Part shown: positions 28,353-36,599 of the stretch, piece by piece | How positions within the stretch are numbered: position 1 is the stretch's first letter | Layout of the letters: each line of letters starts with the position of its first letter | The notes under the pieces: generated by a model | The model's database searches: none | Told to the model about the DNA's origin: nothing | The model's input: the letters and a program-made list of their open reading frames with translations, nothing else | Source of the DNA: a virus | Taxonomy: Duplodnaviria > Heunggongvirae > Uroviricota > Caudoviricetes | DNA length: 59,262 nt | Strand: one strand, 5' to 3' | IMG/VR virus record: IMGVR_UViG_3300027851_000011 | Translations under genes and position numbers: made by a program

Positions 28353-28355
28353 ACC

Positions 28356-28916
28356 GTGACGCCCGGATCGTCGCTCCTGCTGTCGTGGGAGAACCCCGCT
28401 GAGATCTGGCACACAGATGTCCGCGAGGTTCGGCTCACACGCACGGTCTCGACGCTGAACGGCGTGCTGATCCGCGACGTCCCATGGGGCGTCTACGAAG
28501 ACCTGGAATGCCGAGATCCGACCGCGCACTACAGCGCGGCCTACATCAGCTCGACGGGCAGCGTCCTCGCCTCCGTGCCGAACCAGGACATCCGGCGCAC
28601 GCTGCGTCCGCACGAGATCTGCAAGATCGTCTTCGAGTTCTACACGATGGAGGCGCTGCCCTGGCGCAATCGCACCATCATGGTGGAGTCGATGGCAGCC
28701 AGTGAAGGTGCGTTCCGCCGCCGGCTCGTCACCAACGGCAAGGGGCTCGCCAACATCTTCCTGATGCCCGGCAGCCACGTTCGCATCCTGCCCGATGGCG
28801 ACCCAAACGCTGTCGAGCTGGTCGTGCCCGACCAGCGTGAGATCAACTGGCTGGATCTGGCACCACTCGGCAGCAAGGCTCTGGTCGACCCGCGCTCATC
28901 CATCGGCGTCTTCTGA
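28356..28916 (+). CDS. Hypothetical structural protein, 186 aa
   Basis: Tiles the operon; C-terminus resembles that of the next gene. Confidence 0.6.
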   Translation: MTPGSSLLLSWENPAEIWHTDVREVRLTRTVSTLNGVLIRDVPWGVYEDLECRDPTAHYSAAYISSTGSVLASVPNQDIRRTLRPHEICKIVFEFYTMEALPWRNRTIMVESMAASEGAFRRRLVTNGKGLANIFLMPGSHVRILPDGDPNAVELVVPDQREINWLDLAPLGSKALVDPRSSIGVF

Positions 28917-28922
28917 GGTCCC

Positions 28923-29582
28923 ATGCTCCGCGCCACGCACAAGTTCGGTCGCCTCGAAGCGCTCGGCACCTACGGCACCGCTGGTCGCCTGAACGACGCT
29001 GCTGATCCGATCGCACTCGATGTCGTCGTCACGCTGAAGACAGACATCACCAAGGTCGTCGAGACCCAGTCGCTGAATGCGCTGGCTCATGGCGTGCCCA
29101 AGCCATTCAAGCTGGCAGAGGGCCTGTGGGCCGTCGATCTGAACGAGCGCTTCTACTCGCCGGATCTCGTCTACGTCGTCAACTGGCGCTACCAGATGAC
29201 GCCGGGCAACGACAAGGTCGACCGCGACGAGTTCCGCTACGTCGATCCCGCAATGCCGGCGCGCGAGGCCGGCAACTGCACGATCTTCGGCTGTGCCACC
29301 GACATGGTCGGCATGCCGATCCCGAACATCGACATCATCGCTGAAACCTACCGTGATGTGGTGACGATGACCACGCGGACTGACCAGCGCAGCCTGCGCA
29401 CCGATCTGTTCGGCAACTGGCGCGTCGAGCTTCGCCAGGGCTCCATCGTCCGCTTCGTCCTCGGCGACGTCGCGAAGGTCATCAAGGTTCCCGACACGAA
29501 CCGCGCTTCACTCGCGTCTGTGCCTGAACTCCAGCCGAAGGATGTGGGCCGGAAGGACAGGTTCGGGTACGCCTTCCCCTGA
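28923..29582 (+). CDS. Hypothetical structural protein with a prealbumin/carboxypeptidase-regulatory-like C-terminal domain, 219 aa
   Basis: GAGG RBS; CTIFG...DMVGMPIPNIDI...RTDLFGNWRVEL..GS.VRF. Confidence 0.6.
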   Translation: MLRATHKFGRLEALGTYGTAGRLNDAADPIALDVVVTLKTDITKVVETQSLNALAHGVPKPFKLAEGLWAVDLNERFYSPDLVYVVNWRYQMTPGNDKVDRDEFRYVDPAMPAREAGNCTIFGCATDMVGMPIPNIDIIAETYRDVVTMTTRTDQRSLRTDLFGNWRVELRQGSIVRFVLGDVAKVIKVPDTNRASLASVPELQPKDVGRKDRFGYAFP

Positions 29583-29589
29583 GGCCAGC

Positions 29590-30024
29590 ATGCCCGATCC
29601 CTACATCTACATCGTCCGCTCGTTCGAAGTGCACGACGCCGACACGCTCAAGGCCGAGCTGGACCTCGGCTTCGATCTCCGATTCAACACCAATGTGCGC
29701 ATCAACGGCATCGACGCGCCTGAGCAGAGCACAGACGCCGGCAAGCAGGTCACGCTGATCGTGGCCACGGCCCTCAAGAAGATCGTCTCGCAGAAGCTCG
29801 CGCTCCTGGTCGTCAGCCACGACTGGGACAAGTACGGTGGTCGCATCGTCGGCGACCTCGTCTTCGGCGCAGAACGTACGTCGCTTGCGAGCCGCCTGCT
29901 GGCCCTGAAGCTGGCACTGCCGTTCACTGGCAAGGTGAAGAAGTCGCCGTGGTCAGCTTCAGCCCTGAAGTTCATCGCGACTGCTGACGTCAACCGCTAT
30001 GCTTCGGAGATCGTCGCCGGATGA
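29590..30024 (+). CDS. Thermonuclease (SNase-like), 144 aa
   Basis: DADT...DLGF...VRINGIDAPE...DKYGGRIVG motifs; ATG 29590 after GAGG. Confidence 0.85.
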   Translation: MPDPYIYIVRSFEVHDADTLKAELDLGFDLRFNTNVRINGIDAPEQSTDAGKQVTLIVATALKKIVSQKLALLVVSHDWDKYGGRIVGDLVFGAERTSLASRLLALKLALPFTGKVKKSPWSASALKFIATADVNRYASEIVAG

Positions 30025-31775
30025 AGATGCGCGTCCGTTCTGAAGTCCTTGCGTTCAGGAAGAACCGCGTCCTGGCCGATCTCACCGGCTCCTGGGTCGT
30101 CTTCCCTGGCGGCGGCGTCGACAAGGGTGAGAACCCGCGCGAGGCCGCGAAGCGCGAGTTCAAGGAAGAGGCTGGCCGCGACGTCATCAACGTCGACGTC
30201 GCCTCGCACCCGACGCTCCAGACGTGGCCCAAGGACTACGCGGCCAAGGCCACGTGGTCGAGGGGTTACACCGGCGGCTGCACCTACTGGTTCACCGGCA
30301 GCACGAGCGAAGAGGTGACCGACGGCAGCCACAAGGACTTCCAGGGCGGCTTCGACTGGCACCCGATCAAGGACGTCATCGAGAAGCTCAAAGGCGAGCT
30401 GGCCGGTGACTGGACGAACGACGTCAAGGCTCGAATCGACATCCTCAAGACCCATCTCGAAGCTGGCCAGAAGATCGCAGAGCTGGTCGGGCCGTCTGCC
30501 CCTCTGCTGGCATCAGTTCCACTGGCCACTACGATCTCTCCCCAGGTGACACCCATGCTCAAAATGGCCTGCCGTATCCTCGACGTGTACGACGACTCCG
30601 AGCTGGAAGTCGCATCAAAACTCGCCGCTGCTGGTCTCGGCAATGTGGCCGTGGCCGATCGCGAGGCGATCGAGCAGCTGGAGGATCGCCAGTTCGGCCT
30701 CGTGCTGAAGACGGCCTCCGGTGTCCTGCGCCGCCGCTACCCGCTGCACGACGCCGACAGCACCAAGCTCTCGGCTGCCTACTTCCGTGAGGTGAAGGAC
30801 ACCCTGCCAGCTGAGGTCGCTGAGCTGGTCTACACCAAGATCGCGGCGGCCGAGCGCTACTTCGACGTCGGCGGTGAGTGCATCGCTCCTGAGCAGGTCG
30901 ATGCCGTGATGAGCCTCGTCAACTACGTCGACTCCGCCAAGATCGCCCAGCCGCGTCAGAAGGTCGCGCATGCTGAGCAGCACTGGGGCCTGTCGATCGA
31001 CGGGAAGAACTACTTCCCGCTGCACGACGCCACGCTGGTGAAGGTCGCCGTGGCGCGCTTCACCGAGACCGCCAGCAGCCTGGAGCCCGAAGAGCGCTTC
31101 GCCTACGCCCGTACCATCGAGAAGCGCGCGAGCGCCCTCGGCGTCGAGATCCCCAACGACTCGATGGTCAACTGGTACACCGCCGACGGCCTGAACCTCA
31201 GCTCGCTGGCCGAGGCCCTGACCGAGCGCAAGCGCGTGATGAAGGCCGCGAGCGCTTCGACCGAGGTGCTCGATCAGCTGTTCGAGGCCGCTGGCTGCGC
31301 CATCGTTCGCGGCGACATCGAGAGCGACGCCAGCTTCGCGCACCGCGAGTCGAAGCAGGCCAGCATGCGCCGCGCCTCGATCGACCCGGCCAAGATCATC
31401 AGCACCCTCCAGACGATCGACAAGTTCGCTGGCTTCGGCAGCTTCCACTACATGCGCGGCCTGCTCGATCCGTTCGCTGCCTGCTTCAAGCGCGACGACA
31501 TCAGCAAGAAGGCTGCGATGATCGTCGATGGCATCGACCTCTCGACCCTCTCTCCCGAGCAGCTCTCGGCCAAGTTCGGCCCCGAGTTCGTGCAGGAGTT
31601 CCAGCAGAACCCGCAGCAGGTCTACAGCTCGCTGCCGTCGCCGATGAAGTCGATCATCCGGCAGTTCTGCAACCAGGGTGGCAAGGAGCAGTCGGGCGAA
31701 CCGACGCCGGTCGGCGACCCCTCGCAGGGTCTCGGAGCCACCTATGCCAACGCTGGCGGATTCGTCGGTTCCTGA
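30021..31775 (+). CDS. NUDIX hydrolase domain fused to a ~400-aa unknown domain, 584 aa
   Basis: Nudix box GGVDKGENPREAAKREFKEEAG. The C-terminal part has a duplicated (Y/F)PLHDA motif. Probable internal start at 30555. Confidence 0.75.
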   Translation: MKMRVRSEVLAFRKNRVLADLTGSWVVFPGGGVDKGENPREAAKREFKEEAGRDVINVDVASHPTLQTWPKDYAAKATWSRGYTGGCTYWFTGSTSEEVTDGSHKDFQGGFDWHPIKDVIEKLKGELAGDWTNDVKARIDILKTHLEAGQKIAELVGPSAPLLASVPLATTISPQVTPMLKMACRILDVYDDSELEVASKLAAAGLGNVAVADREAIEQLEDRQFGLVLKTASGVLRRRYPLHDADSTKLSAAYFREVKDTLPAEVAELVYTKIAAAERYFDVGGECIAPEQVDAVMSLVNYVDSAKIAQPRQKVAHAEQHWGLSIDGKNYFPLHDATLVKVAVARFTETASSLEPEERFAYARTIEKRASALGVEIPNDSMVNWYTADGLNLSSLAEALTERKRVMKAASASTEVLDQLFEAAGCAIVRGDIESDASFAHRESKQASMRRASIDPAKIISTLQTIDKFAGFGSFHYMRGLLDPFAACFKRDDISKKAAMIVDGIDLSTLSPEQLSAKFGPEFVQEFQQNPQQVYSSLPSPMKSIIRQFCNQGGKEQSGEPTPVGDPSQGLGATYANAGGFVGS

Positions 31776-32700
31776 TCTGGGGGCTGCGGCCCTCCCTCTC
31801 GACGCGTCTCCGGTTGTCGACCACACCATCGACACCAGCGACGAGGACGACGCACGTTCGTACGTTGACCAGCTGGCACCGACTGACGTCAATGTCCCGC
31901 TCCTGAACCTGTCGTCCCGCGCACTCGCCATGGCTGGCGGGTCCAACCCGCAGGCTCGACGCCTCGGATTCTTCCGCGAAGCCGGCAAAGCCGTTCGCAA
32001 CGCTGTCGGTCTGAGCAAGACCGCTGCCGCTGATTCCCTGCTCTCGGCGATCCTCGATGACGCCGAGTGCAACCCTGTCGCTCTCGCTGCTCAGCTTGAC
32101 ACCATGACCTCGAAAGAGTGGCGTGGTTGGCTCCCCGAATCGCTCTGCGACTTCGCGGATGCCACTGAGGATGATGTCGCCAGCCGTGACAAGCTGTTGG
32201 CGACGCAAGTCGGAGTGTGTAACTCCGACGTGTTCTCGGATTGGTCGCTCTTCACTGCTGTAAGCAGTGCGTTCAATCATCGCCGCTCCAACTTCCAGTG
32301 GCTCGACAAGCCGACCTACATTGAGGCTGCCTGGACGTGCTTTGCACTCCGCCAGCTCCAACCCGGCGTCGAGTTCCATTCGGGGGTGACGAGGTTCCTC
32401 GTCGCGCTGATGATCGAAGACGGTCTGTGTTTCTTCCCGTGGACTGGTGGCCCTGGCCTCGGCCTGGGCGTCAACGACGAAGGCATCTCCGCTGGCCTCA
32501 CCGATGTTGGTGATCTGGCGTCGAAGATCCGCACTCTCTGGGAAACCGGCGAGCTGCACGACGTGACGCCCGGTGACCATGACGAGTCAGATCCGCTTCA
32601 TGTTCAGCTGGCGAAGATCGCGGCGGCGCAAGAGTACATCAAAGCGCAGCACGCAGCTCAGCCGTCCTCCTACAAGACCAACTCCGAGAGCACCACATGA
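31744..32700 (+). CDS. Hypothetical protein upstream of the portal, 318 aa
   Basis: ATG 31744 preceded by GGAG; ATGA overlap with the portal-like gene. Confidence 0.65.
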   Translation: MPTLADSSVPDLGAAALPLDASPVVDHTIDTSDEDDARSYVDQLAPTDVNVPLLNLSSRALAMAGGSNPQARRLGFFREAGKAVRNAVGLSKTAAADSLLSAILDDAECNPVALAAQLDTMTSKEWRGWLPESLCDFADATEDDVASRDKLLATQVGVCNSDVFSDWSLFTAVSSAFNHRRSNFQWLDKPTYIEAAWTCFALRQLQPGVEFHSGVTRFLVALMIEDGLCFFPWTGGPGLGLGVNDEGISAGLTDVGDLASKIRTLWETGELHDVTPGDHDESDPLHVQLAKIAAAQEYIKAQHAAQPSSYKTNSESTT

Positions 32701-34730
32701 TTGGAATGAACGCGATGGACCCGAGCATTGCTCGCGGTCGCGGTTCCTACGCTGATCCCCACGCGACCATCGCGATGCGGGACATTCCGTCCAACCTGAA
32801 GATGATCTTCAGGCTGACGCGGTTCTACTACAACACGGATGCTCTGCTCGGCGCCATCGTCGACAAGATGTCCGAGTACCCGATCACGCAGATCATCATC
32901 AATGCGATCGGCGACAACGAGCTGACGCCGGCTGCGCGTGATAAGTGGGAGCAGCTCGCCAACGTCACGCTGAATCTGCGTCAGGTGATGATCGACATCA
33001 ACCTGGACAAGTACACCTACGGGAACTCGTTCCACTACATCTACTACCCGTTCGTCCGCTACTGCACCTGCACCACGTGCAAGGCGCGCATGCCGATCGG
33101 CACCTTGAAGGACATCAAGGTCACGCCGAAGATGGAGAACCAGAAGTTCTCGTTCACGGTTCGCAGCACGTGCCCGCGCTGCTCTGACACCAAGGCAGCT
33201 CGCGACTTCACCGTCGAGGATCGCAAGTCCGAGGCGCGCACTGGCATGAGCCTCGTGCGCCTGAGCCCGTTCCGCATCGAGCTGGAATACAACCCGGTGA
33301 CTGGCCACAAGCGCTGGTACTGGGATCCGCCGAAGCGCATCCGCGACGGCCTCATGAACGCCGACCGCACCATCGTCGACTACACCGAGATGAAGGTGCT
33401 CGCTGCGGCATTCAACGACCAGAAGCTGCACCTGAACAAGGATCGCCTGTGGGTGTCGCAGGCTCAGTCGCAGCCGGGCCTCTGGGATGGCTGGGGCATC
33501 CCGCCGATCTTCCGCGTCCTCGAAGACGTCTACTACTACAAGATCCTCCGTCGCGCCAACGAGGCGCTCGCGCAAGAGCACGTCGTGCCCATGCGCATCA
33601 TCAGCCCGGCCGGCACCGGAGACGTCAGCCCGCAGCGCACGATGAACCTGACGGACTGGCGCAACCGGATCAAAGAAGAGCTGATGAACTGGAAGCGCGA
33701 CCCCAACCACATGCTGGTGTCGCCCATCCCGATCAACGTCGAGCAGATCGGCGGCACAGCGCGCGTCATGATGGTGGCGCAGGAGATGGAGGCTGCGGCC
33801 CGTGTCATCGCTGCCGGCATCGGCTGCCCGATCGAGATGATCTGGGGCGGCCTGAACTGGAGCGGCGCCAGCGTCAGCCTGCGCGTGCTGGAGAACCACT
33901 TCATCAACGATCGCGAGAACTGCGAGCGTCTGCTCGACTTCATCGTCCCGAAGATCTCGGCCTACTTCCGCCTGCCGCGCGTGAAGGCCAAGCTCTCCGA
34001 GTTCAAGATGGCCGACGACACGCAGATGCAGTCGAACGCCATCAACCTGATGATGCAGGGCTTCCTGAGCCGCGAGAGCGTCGTCGGCGAGATGGGCTAC
34101 GATCCGAAGGAAGAGTTCGAGAAGATGGAGGATGAGCACAAGCGTCTGAACGCCATCACGATGAAGGACAACATCGCTGCCTCGCACATGAACACCGTCA
34201 TCCAGATGCTGGAGGCGAAGGCTCAGGTGCTGATGCAGTACGAGATGCAGATCACCCAGCAGGAGATGCAGGCGCAGAGCGAACGCGACCGTCTGAAGCT
34301 GCTGCGCGCCCATGTCGCCAAGCTGCATGAGCACGGTCTGACCACCCCGCTGGAGTTCGAGCAGAGCGCGCTGATGCTCCAGCGCATGGACCCGAACCTG
34401 TCGGGCATGATCATGCAGGAGTGGTCAACCACGATGCCGAACGTCTCGCTGCTGCTCCAGCAGAAGCTGATGATCAATCAGCAGAACGCGATGCAGGGTC
34501 AGAACGCCATGGCTGCTGCCGGCGAGGCCGGCGCTGATCCTGGCGCTGCTGACGGCGAAGACCTGTCGCCGGGCGCCGAAGGCCCGTACAGTGACGGCGG
34601 CGACGGCGCCGGCCCGGCCAATGCCGGCGGTGGCGGTCCTGACGGAGCGAGCGAAGATGCTGGTGGCGACGCTGCCGGCGGCGCTCCGATGCCCGAGCAG
34701 AAGCCGCCGCGCCGCGCTGGAGGTCAGTGA
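32697..34730 (+). CDS. Portal-like protein with a Zn-ribbon insertion and an acidic Gly-rich tail, 677 aa
   Basis: Pattern IFRLTRFYYNTDALLGAIVDKMSEYPI...LDKYTYGNSF...WGIPPIFRVLED...IAAGIGCPIEMIWGG resembles phage portal proteins; CTTC...CPRC insertion. Confidence 0.65.
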   Translation: MIGMNAMDPSIARGRGSYADPHATIAMRDIPSNLKMIFRLTRFYYNTDALLGAIVDKMSEYPITQIIINAIGDNELTPAARDKWEQLANVTLNLRQVMIDINLDKYTYGNSFHYIYYPFVRYCTCTTCKARMPIGTLKDIKVTPKMENQKFSFTVRSTCPRCSDTKAARDFTVEDRKSEARTGMSLVRLSPFRIELEYNPVTGHKRWYWDPPKRIRDGLMNADRTIVDYTEMKVLAAAFNDQKLHLNKDRLWVSQAQSQPGLWDGWGIPPIFRVLEDVYYYKILRRANEALAQEHVVPMRIISPAGTGDVSPQRTMNLTDWRNRIKEELMNWKRDPNHMLVSPIPINVEQIGGTARVMMVAQEMEAAARVIAAGIGCPIEMIWGGLNWSGASVSLRVLENHFINDRENCERLLDFIVPKISAYFRLPRVKAKLSEFKMADDTQMQSNAINLMMQGFLSRESVVGEMGYDPKEEFEKMEDEHKRLNAITMKDNIAASHMNTVIQMLEAKAQVLMQYEMQITQQEMQAQSERDRLKLLRAHVAKLHEHGLTTPLEFEQSALMLQRMDPNLSGMIMQEWSTTMPNVSLLLQQKLMINQQNAMQGQNAMAAAGEAGADPGAADGEDLSPGAEGPYSDGGDGAGPANAGGGGPDGASEDAGGDAAGGAPMPEQKPPRRAGGQ

Positions 34731-34733
34731 GCC

Positions 34734-35027
34734 ATGGCTGATGTCGTCGAGATCTGCGCGTCGGAAGATGGCAGCGAAGTGCTGCTGATTTTCCAGTGCC
34801 CTGGCTGCAAGTACGGGCACCACGCTCGCATCAAGGGCAAGGGCCCGGTGTGGGGCTGGAACGGCAGCAAGGAGAAGCCGACGTTCACGCCGTCGCTGTT
34901 GGTGAATCAGCACCATCCTGAGTCACGGTGCCACAGCTTCGTCAAGGACGGCCAGATCCAGTTCCTCGGCGACTGCTTCCACGATCTCAAGAACCAGACT
35001 GTTCCGCTCGCACCTGTGGAGTCCTAG
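34734..35027 (+). CDS. DUF6527-like Cys/His metal-binding protein, 97 aa
   Basis: FQCPGC...H...WGWNGSKEKPTFTPSLLV...CHSFVKDGQIQFLGDCFH. Confidence 0.7.
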   Translation: MADVVEICASEDGSEVLLIFQCPGCKYGHHARIKGKGPVWGWNGSKEKPTFTPSLLVNQHHPESRCHSFVKDGQIQFLGDCFHDLKNQTVPLAPVES

Positions 35028-35029
35028 CC

Positions 35030-35188
35030 ATGAGCATCACCAAGTACGGCGCATCAACGGACCAGATTTCCAAGACCGCTTCAGAACGGCCGGCTGACAA
35101 GCCCGTCGATCCGAGGAAAGCACCTACGCTGCCGCTTCCGGCCATCAGCCAAGAAGAGGCTGAGCGGATTCGGAAGGAGAAGAAGTAA
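35030..35188 (+). CDS. Small hypothetical protein, 52 aa
   Basis: ATG 35030 after GGAG; TAATG coupling to the next gene. Confidence 0.55.
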   Translation: MSITKYGASTDQISKTASERPADKPVDPRKAPTLPLPAISQEEAERIRKEKK

Positions 35189-35805
35189 TGCCCTCCCAGT
35201 TCCCGACCCAGCTCGATGATCAGGCGTCGCTGCACACCGCAGTGAACAACTTCGCCACGGCCCTGACGTCGCCGATCAACGCGACGCAGACGGTGATCAG
35301 CGTGGCTTCGATCAACACGCTGCCGGAGCCCGGCATCGTCAGCATCGACACCGAGGTCATCTTCTACGAGAGCCTCGCAGTCGTCGGTGCATCCCAGCAG
35401 CTGATCGGCTGCACGCGCGGCGCTGATGGGACCGTCGCCTCAGCCCATGCAAACGGGGCTCGCGTCGAGGCGCGATGGGTAGCTGAGCACCACAATGTGC
35501 TCATGTCCGCGATCATCGCGATTCAGCACGCGCTCGGCGTCAATCCGCAGGGATCATTCCTCGACGTCGCGCAGCGGCTGGCGCAGGCGACGCCTGAGGT
35601 CATCCCCTTCGCGACACCGACTACGAACTGGTCGTTCACCCACGACCGCCGCCGGCTGGTGTCCGTCCAGCTCTACCGTCGCACGGGCACCAACACCTAC
35701 GAGCTGTTCGATGCCAACATCGAACAGGTCGTCGATGCCAACGGCATGTCTACAGTGACCATCGAGCTTCCCGAGGCAGACGAAGGCGCGGTGGTGTTCC
35801 AGTGA
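35188..35805 (+). CDS. Virion structural protein, 205 aa
   Basis: MPSQFPTQLD...IDTEVIFY...CTRGADGT.ASAH..GA.V...AEHHN.L..AIIAIQ.ALG.NPQG, motifs common in phage fibre/baseplate accessory proteins. Confidence 0.6.
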   Translation: MPSQFPTQLDDQASLHTAVNNFATALTSPINATQTVISVASINTLPEPGIVSIDTEVIFYESLAVVGASQQLIGCTRGADGTVASAHANGARVEARWVAEHHNVLMSAIIAIQHALGVNPQGSFLDVAQRLAQATPEVIPFATPTTNWSFTHDRRRLVSVQLYRRTGTNTYELFDANIEQVVDANGMSTVTIELPEADEGAVVFQ

Positions 35806-36167
35806 TCGAGCAGCTGATCTTCGCGCTCATCGTGCTCTCAGCGAGCGTCGGGGTCGTCGTGCTCATTCACACGTCGCCGATCCCCATTCCGAACATGAAG
35901 CCATTCAACTGCGCATTCTGCGCGATCGTCTGGATTTCATGGGCGATCTGGGGCTCGATTGGCTGGATGGACCACGAGCATCGGCTGCTGAATCTGCTGC
36001 TCGCGATGGCCTTCCCATTCCCCGCAGCGCTCATCGTTGGGCACTTCCCATGGATGTTCCGCAACTTCGAGAAGCCCAAGGCACTGGTCGCAGCTGACGA
36101 CGTCGAGACGCAGCTACACGACTTCGCTCCTACTGACGAACGACCACCGACAGGGCCTGTTCGGTAG
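35802..36167 (+). CDS. Small membrane protein with CxxC, 121 aa
   Basis: Three hydrophobic segments; PFNCAFCAIVW; GTGA overlap. Confidence 0.6.
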   Translation: MIEQLIFALIVLSASVGVVVLIHTSPIPIPNMKPFNCAFCAIVWISWAIWGSIGWMDHEHRLLNLLLAMAFPFPAALIVGHFPWMFRNFEKPKALVAADDVETQLHDFAPTDERPPTGPVR

Positions 36168-36486
36168 GCTTCTTCCGCTGCGGATCGCCGCCGAGGTCTT
36201 CGAGGATCTGCCGAACGCGCTCGGCACGGATGTCGTACTTCAGGCCGATCTGAGCGAGCTTCAGGCCCTCTTGCCGGAGTCGGAAGATCTCGGCGTTTCG
36301 GTGTGCTTTCTCACGGCTCCGAGGGCGCCCGATCTGGAAGCGCAGCCCAGCTTTCTTGGCTCGCCGCCGCACGGTCGAATCGCTCAGGTCGAAGGCCACA
36401 GCCGAGGCTGCCACGCCGTGCTCGCGGACATGGCGCGCGATCTCGGTGAGCTGCGGTTGGGGGACTGTCGAAGTCGGCATGGACAT
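36130..36486 (-). CDS. Helix-turn-helix DNA-binding protein (two HTH motifs, the second sigma70 region-4-like), 118 aa
   Basis: AVAFDLSDSTVRRRAK and LKLAQIGLKYDIRAERVRQIL. Confidence 0.7.
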   Translation of the reverse strand: MSMPTSTVPQPQLTEIARHVREHGVAASAVAFDLSDSTVRRRAKKAGLRFQIGRPRSREKAHRNAEIFRLRQEGLKLAQIGLKYDIRAERVRQILEDLGGDPQRKKPTEQALSVVVRQ

Positions 36487-36565
36487 GGCGTTCTGGCTAC
36501 AACGATATGGCCGGGAAAACAGCAGTCCAGTTAATGCGTCAAACAGCTCTCGTCGGCGCCCTCCG

Positions 36566-36593
36566 TTGCGCCTATGGGGGCCAGCCGTAGGAT
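36566..36593 (+). promoter_or_regulatory. Putative promoter, leaderless configuration
   Basis: TTGCGC-16 nt-TAGGAT, then 6 nt to ATG 36600. Confidence 0.55.
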
Positions 36594-36599
36594 TCTGCC

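Noticed and set aside
33060-33080. YCTCTTC in the portal-like protein, with the same TGCACC hexamer as the Cys-Thr tract
   Set aside because: Only two units, and it pairs with a downstream CPRC as an ordinary zinc ribbon. There is no reason to treat it as a second rSAM substrate.
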